Positions 62,354-64,000 of a stretch of DNA of 64,000 nt are shown piece by piece. The notes beneath the pieces are model-generated. The model saw only the letters and a list, made by a program, of their open reading frames with translations. It did not search any database and was not told where the DNA came from. The translations under genes and the position numbers were made by a program. The DNA is from Phoronis australis (lineage: Eukaryota; Animalia; Phoronida): the NCBI GenBank assembly GCA_002633005.1, contig NMRA01000093.1:142548-206547 (forward strand), read 5' to 3'. Numbering within the stretch: the first letter of the stretch is position 1; each line of letters starts with the position of its first letter.

Positions 62354-62728
62354 GTAGGTCTCCGCTATGACACTAAATTAATCAAGCTTTAACAATCCTG
62401 GCTACATTAGTTTGGAAATGTGCTGGGTTATTGAGGCTTGGCCATTGCTATCCAAACTTGGTTACCATTTTCCAAGCTTTTGGGGTTACAGTTAAAACTT
62501 CGCCAATTTGGGACAGTCTCTAGAATTTGGGACTCGGAAACTCTCGAAAAATTGGATTTTGTTGATTCTAGAATTTGGGACAAGTGCGATTTTGGCATTC
62601 TCCAGGCTCATTTTTAACAGGTAGTGATTGATAAGAGATATTTTTATTTGTGGGGAAAATATGACGTCACATGCTTGCCATATTGTGTCCTTAATTGATT
62701 AGATTTTACTCCAACGTAAATGAACTAC

Positions 62729-63379
62729 CAGTGCTCGATTGGGTGACAACGCAGGTCTCCAATGCGACCTCAGATTGTGTTTGGTAACCTGGGAAAAATT
62801 CCAAGTCGCCACGAAGTCATCACTTTGAGTATCAAGGTCAGACAATAATTCCCTCTAAATTCTTTTTAAAGTTTGCGTTGACTTCCAAACTTTAAAGTAG
62901 TAATAGTTTTTCTAGATTCATAACCTTGGATTCAAAATTGCTGCATTTATTTTGTAAAATCAGCGGATTTGCCACTACAGCAATCAGCACGCATCAAATA
63001 CGCGCTTGAATTAAAACAGAAACTAAACAAATGAAAGCCGGCATTGTTCGGAAAAAAACAGTGTAAGATCGATGAAATTCGCGGCAGCAGTGCATGTGAT
63101 CATCTATGCCCTATGTTCGTTCACTGGCAGGAGGAATTGAGTTAAAGAATGAATATACATTTACGGGGAGAAATTGGAGAAGTACGCACAAGAGAATAAG
63201 TCCGGTTACAACCATACAAATTTTTGGTTGGCAGTGTATAGACACCGGATTGGCAACCTCAGATTCCATTTAGCCACCTGGTGTTTTCAGTTTTGGCCAC
63301 CACGGAATTCGTTTGGCGACCTGGGCTTTTTGCCAGGTCGCCAAATGCGACTTGGCGTTAAACTAAGCGTCGTACACTG
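62729..63379. mobile_element. hAT-like MITE with 5-bp TSD ACTAC
   Basis: Termini CAGTGCTCGA / rc CAGTGTACGA; ACTAC at 62724-62728 and 63380-63384; subterminal GGTCGCCA/TGCGAC repeats. Confidence 0.75.
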
Positions 63380-64000
63380 ACTACATTTTTAAGGACCACG
63401 AAGTCTAATCAACATTGACGAATGTAATTTTTACCCGCAGGTTATTTACAAACACCTAACACAAGTTGGTAATTTAATTCTATAGCAACAATGAGCGACT
63501 CGACAAAATGTAGTTCTGAAACGTCCATAAGGTGGCTCGAGAGTGATAAAGTGCCCACGTGCCTCGGTGATCTTGCCACTGCAGACAATATAGTAGGATT
63601 TCTTGTGATTGCAAGTTAAATGCCTACTGGATGTTGCTGTGTGCCTTACTGTAGCACACCACCAAACTGATTTTAGTGTTTAAATGATGAAATATTGAAA
63701 AATGTACTTTACCTTCTGGTTCAGTGGGTATTATGTGAATTTCTGTAGGTGAAGTAATCAATTACTTGGCTCTTATACAGATAAGTCGGACACTAACATA
63801 ATTAGGTGATTTTTCTGCCTAAGTGCCTCTCACTAAAATCCAAAGAGTGCTTAGAACCAATATTCAGTTGTAATCCACAGATCTTTAAATGTATTGGTAT
63901 CAGGTCAAGTTTCTGATAGAGCTTTGTGTTTGTCAGTTTGTGAGGCTTATACTACACTTAGTGGTCACAATACACAATGTGAAGCTTTGTGTGTTAAATG

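Overview
Eukaryotic (metazoan, probably marine invertebrate; species not determinable) AT-rich genomic window with spliceosomal introns. Three genes. (1) The 3' end of an animal type I polyketide synthase (KR + ACP, stop codon with no thioesterase) at <2-904 (+). (2) A complete NOP14 gene on the - strand, reconstructed by hand as 20-21 coding exons from 53012 to 10136 (~900 aa, all phases compatible). (3) The first two coding exons of an NMNAT gene (+, 56500 onward), head-to-head with NOP14. The rest is introns and intergenic DNA full of nested non-autonomous DNA transposons whose ends and target-site duplications can be read directly: a Kolobok-like element, three unrelated CA-ended (CAG/CAT) TIR elements with 5-bp TSDs, two copies of a TA-TSD element carrying a decayed HIRAN-like ORF, a 10-bp-TSD element with hairpin termini, and a long foldback. 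Helentron/HINE-like elements carry ~150-bp tandem monomers each with a CTCF-like motif, and there are several minisatellites. All calls come from manual reading; no database searches were run.
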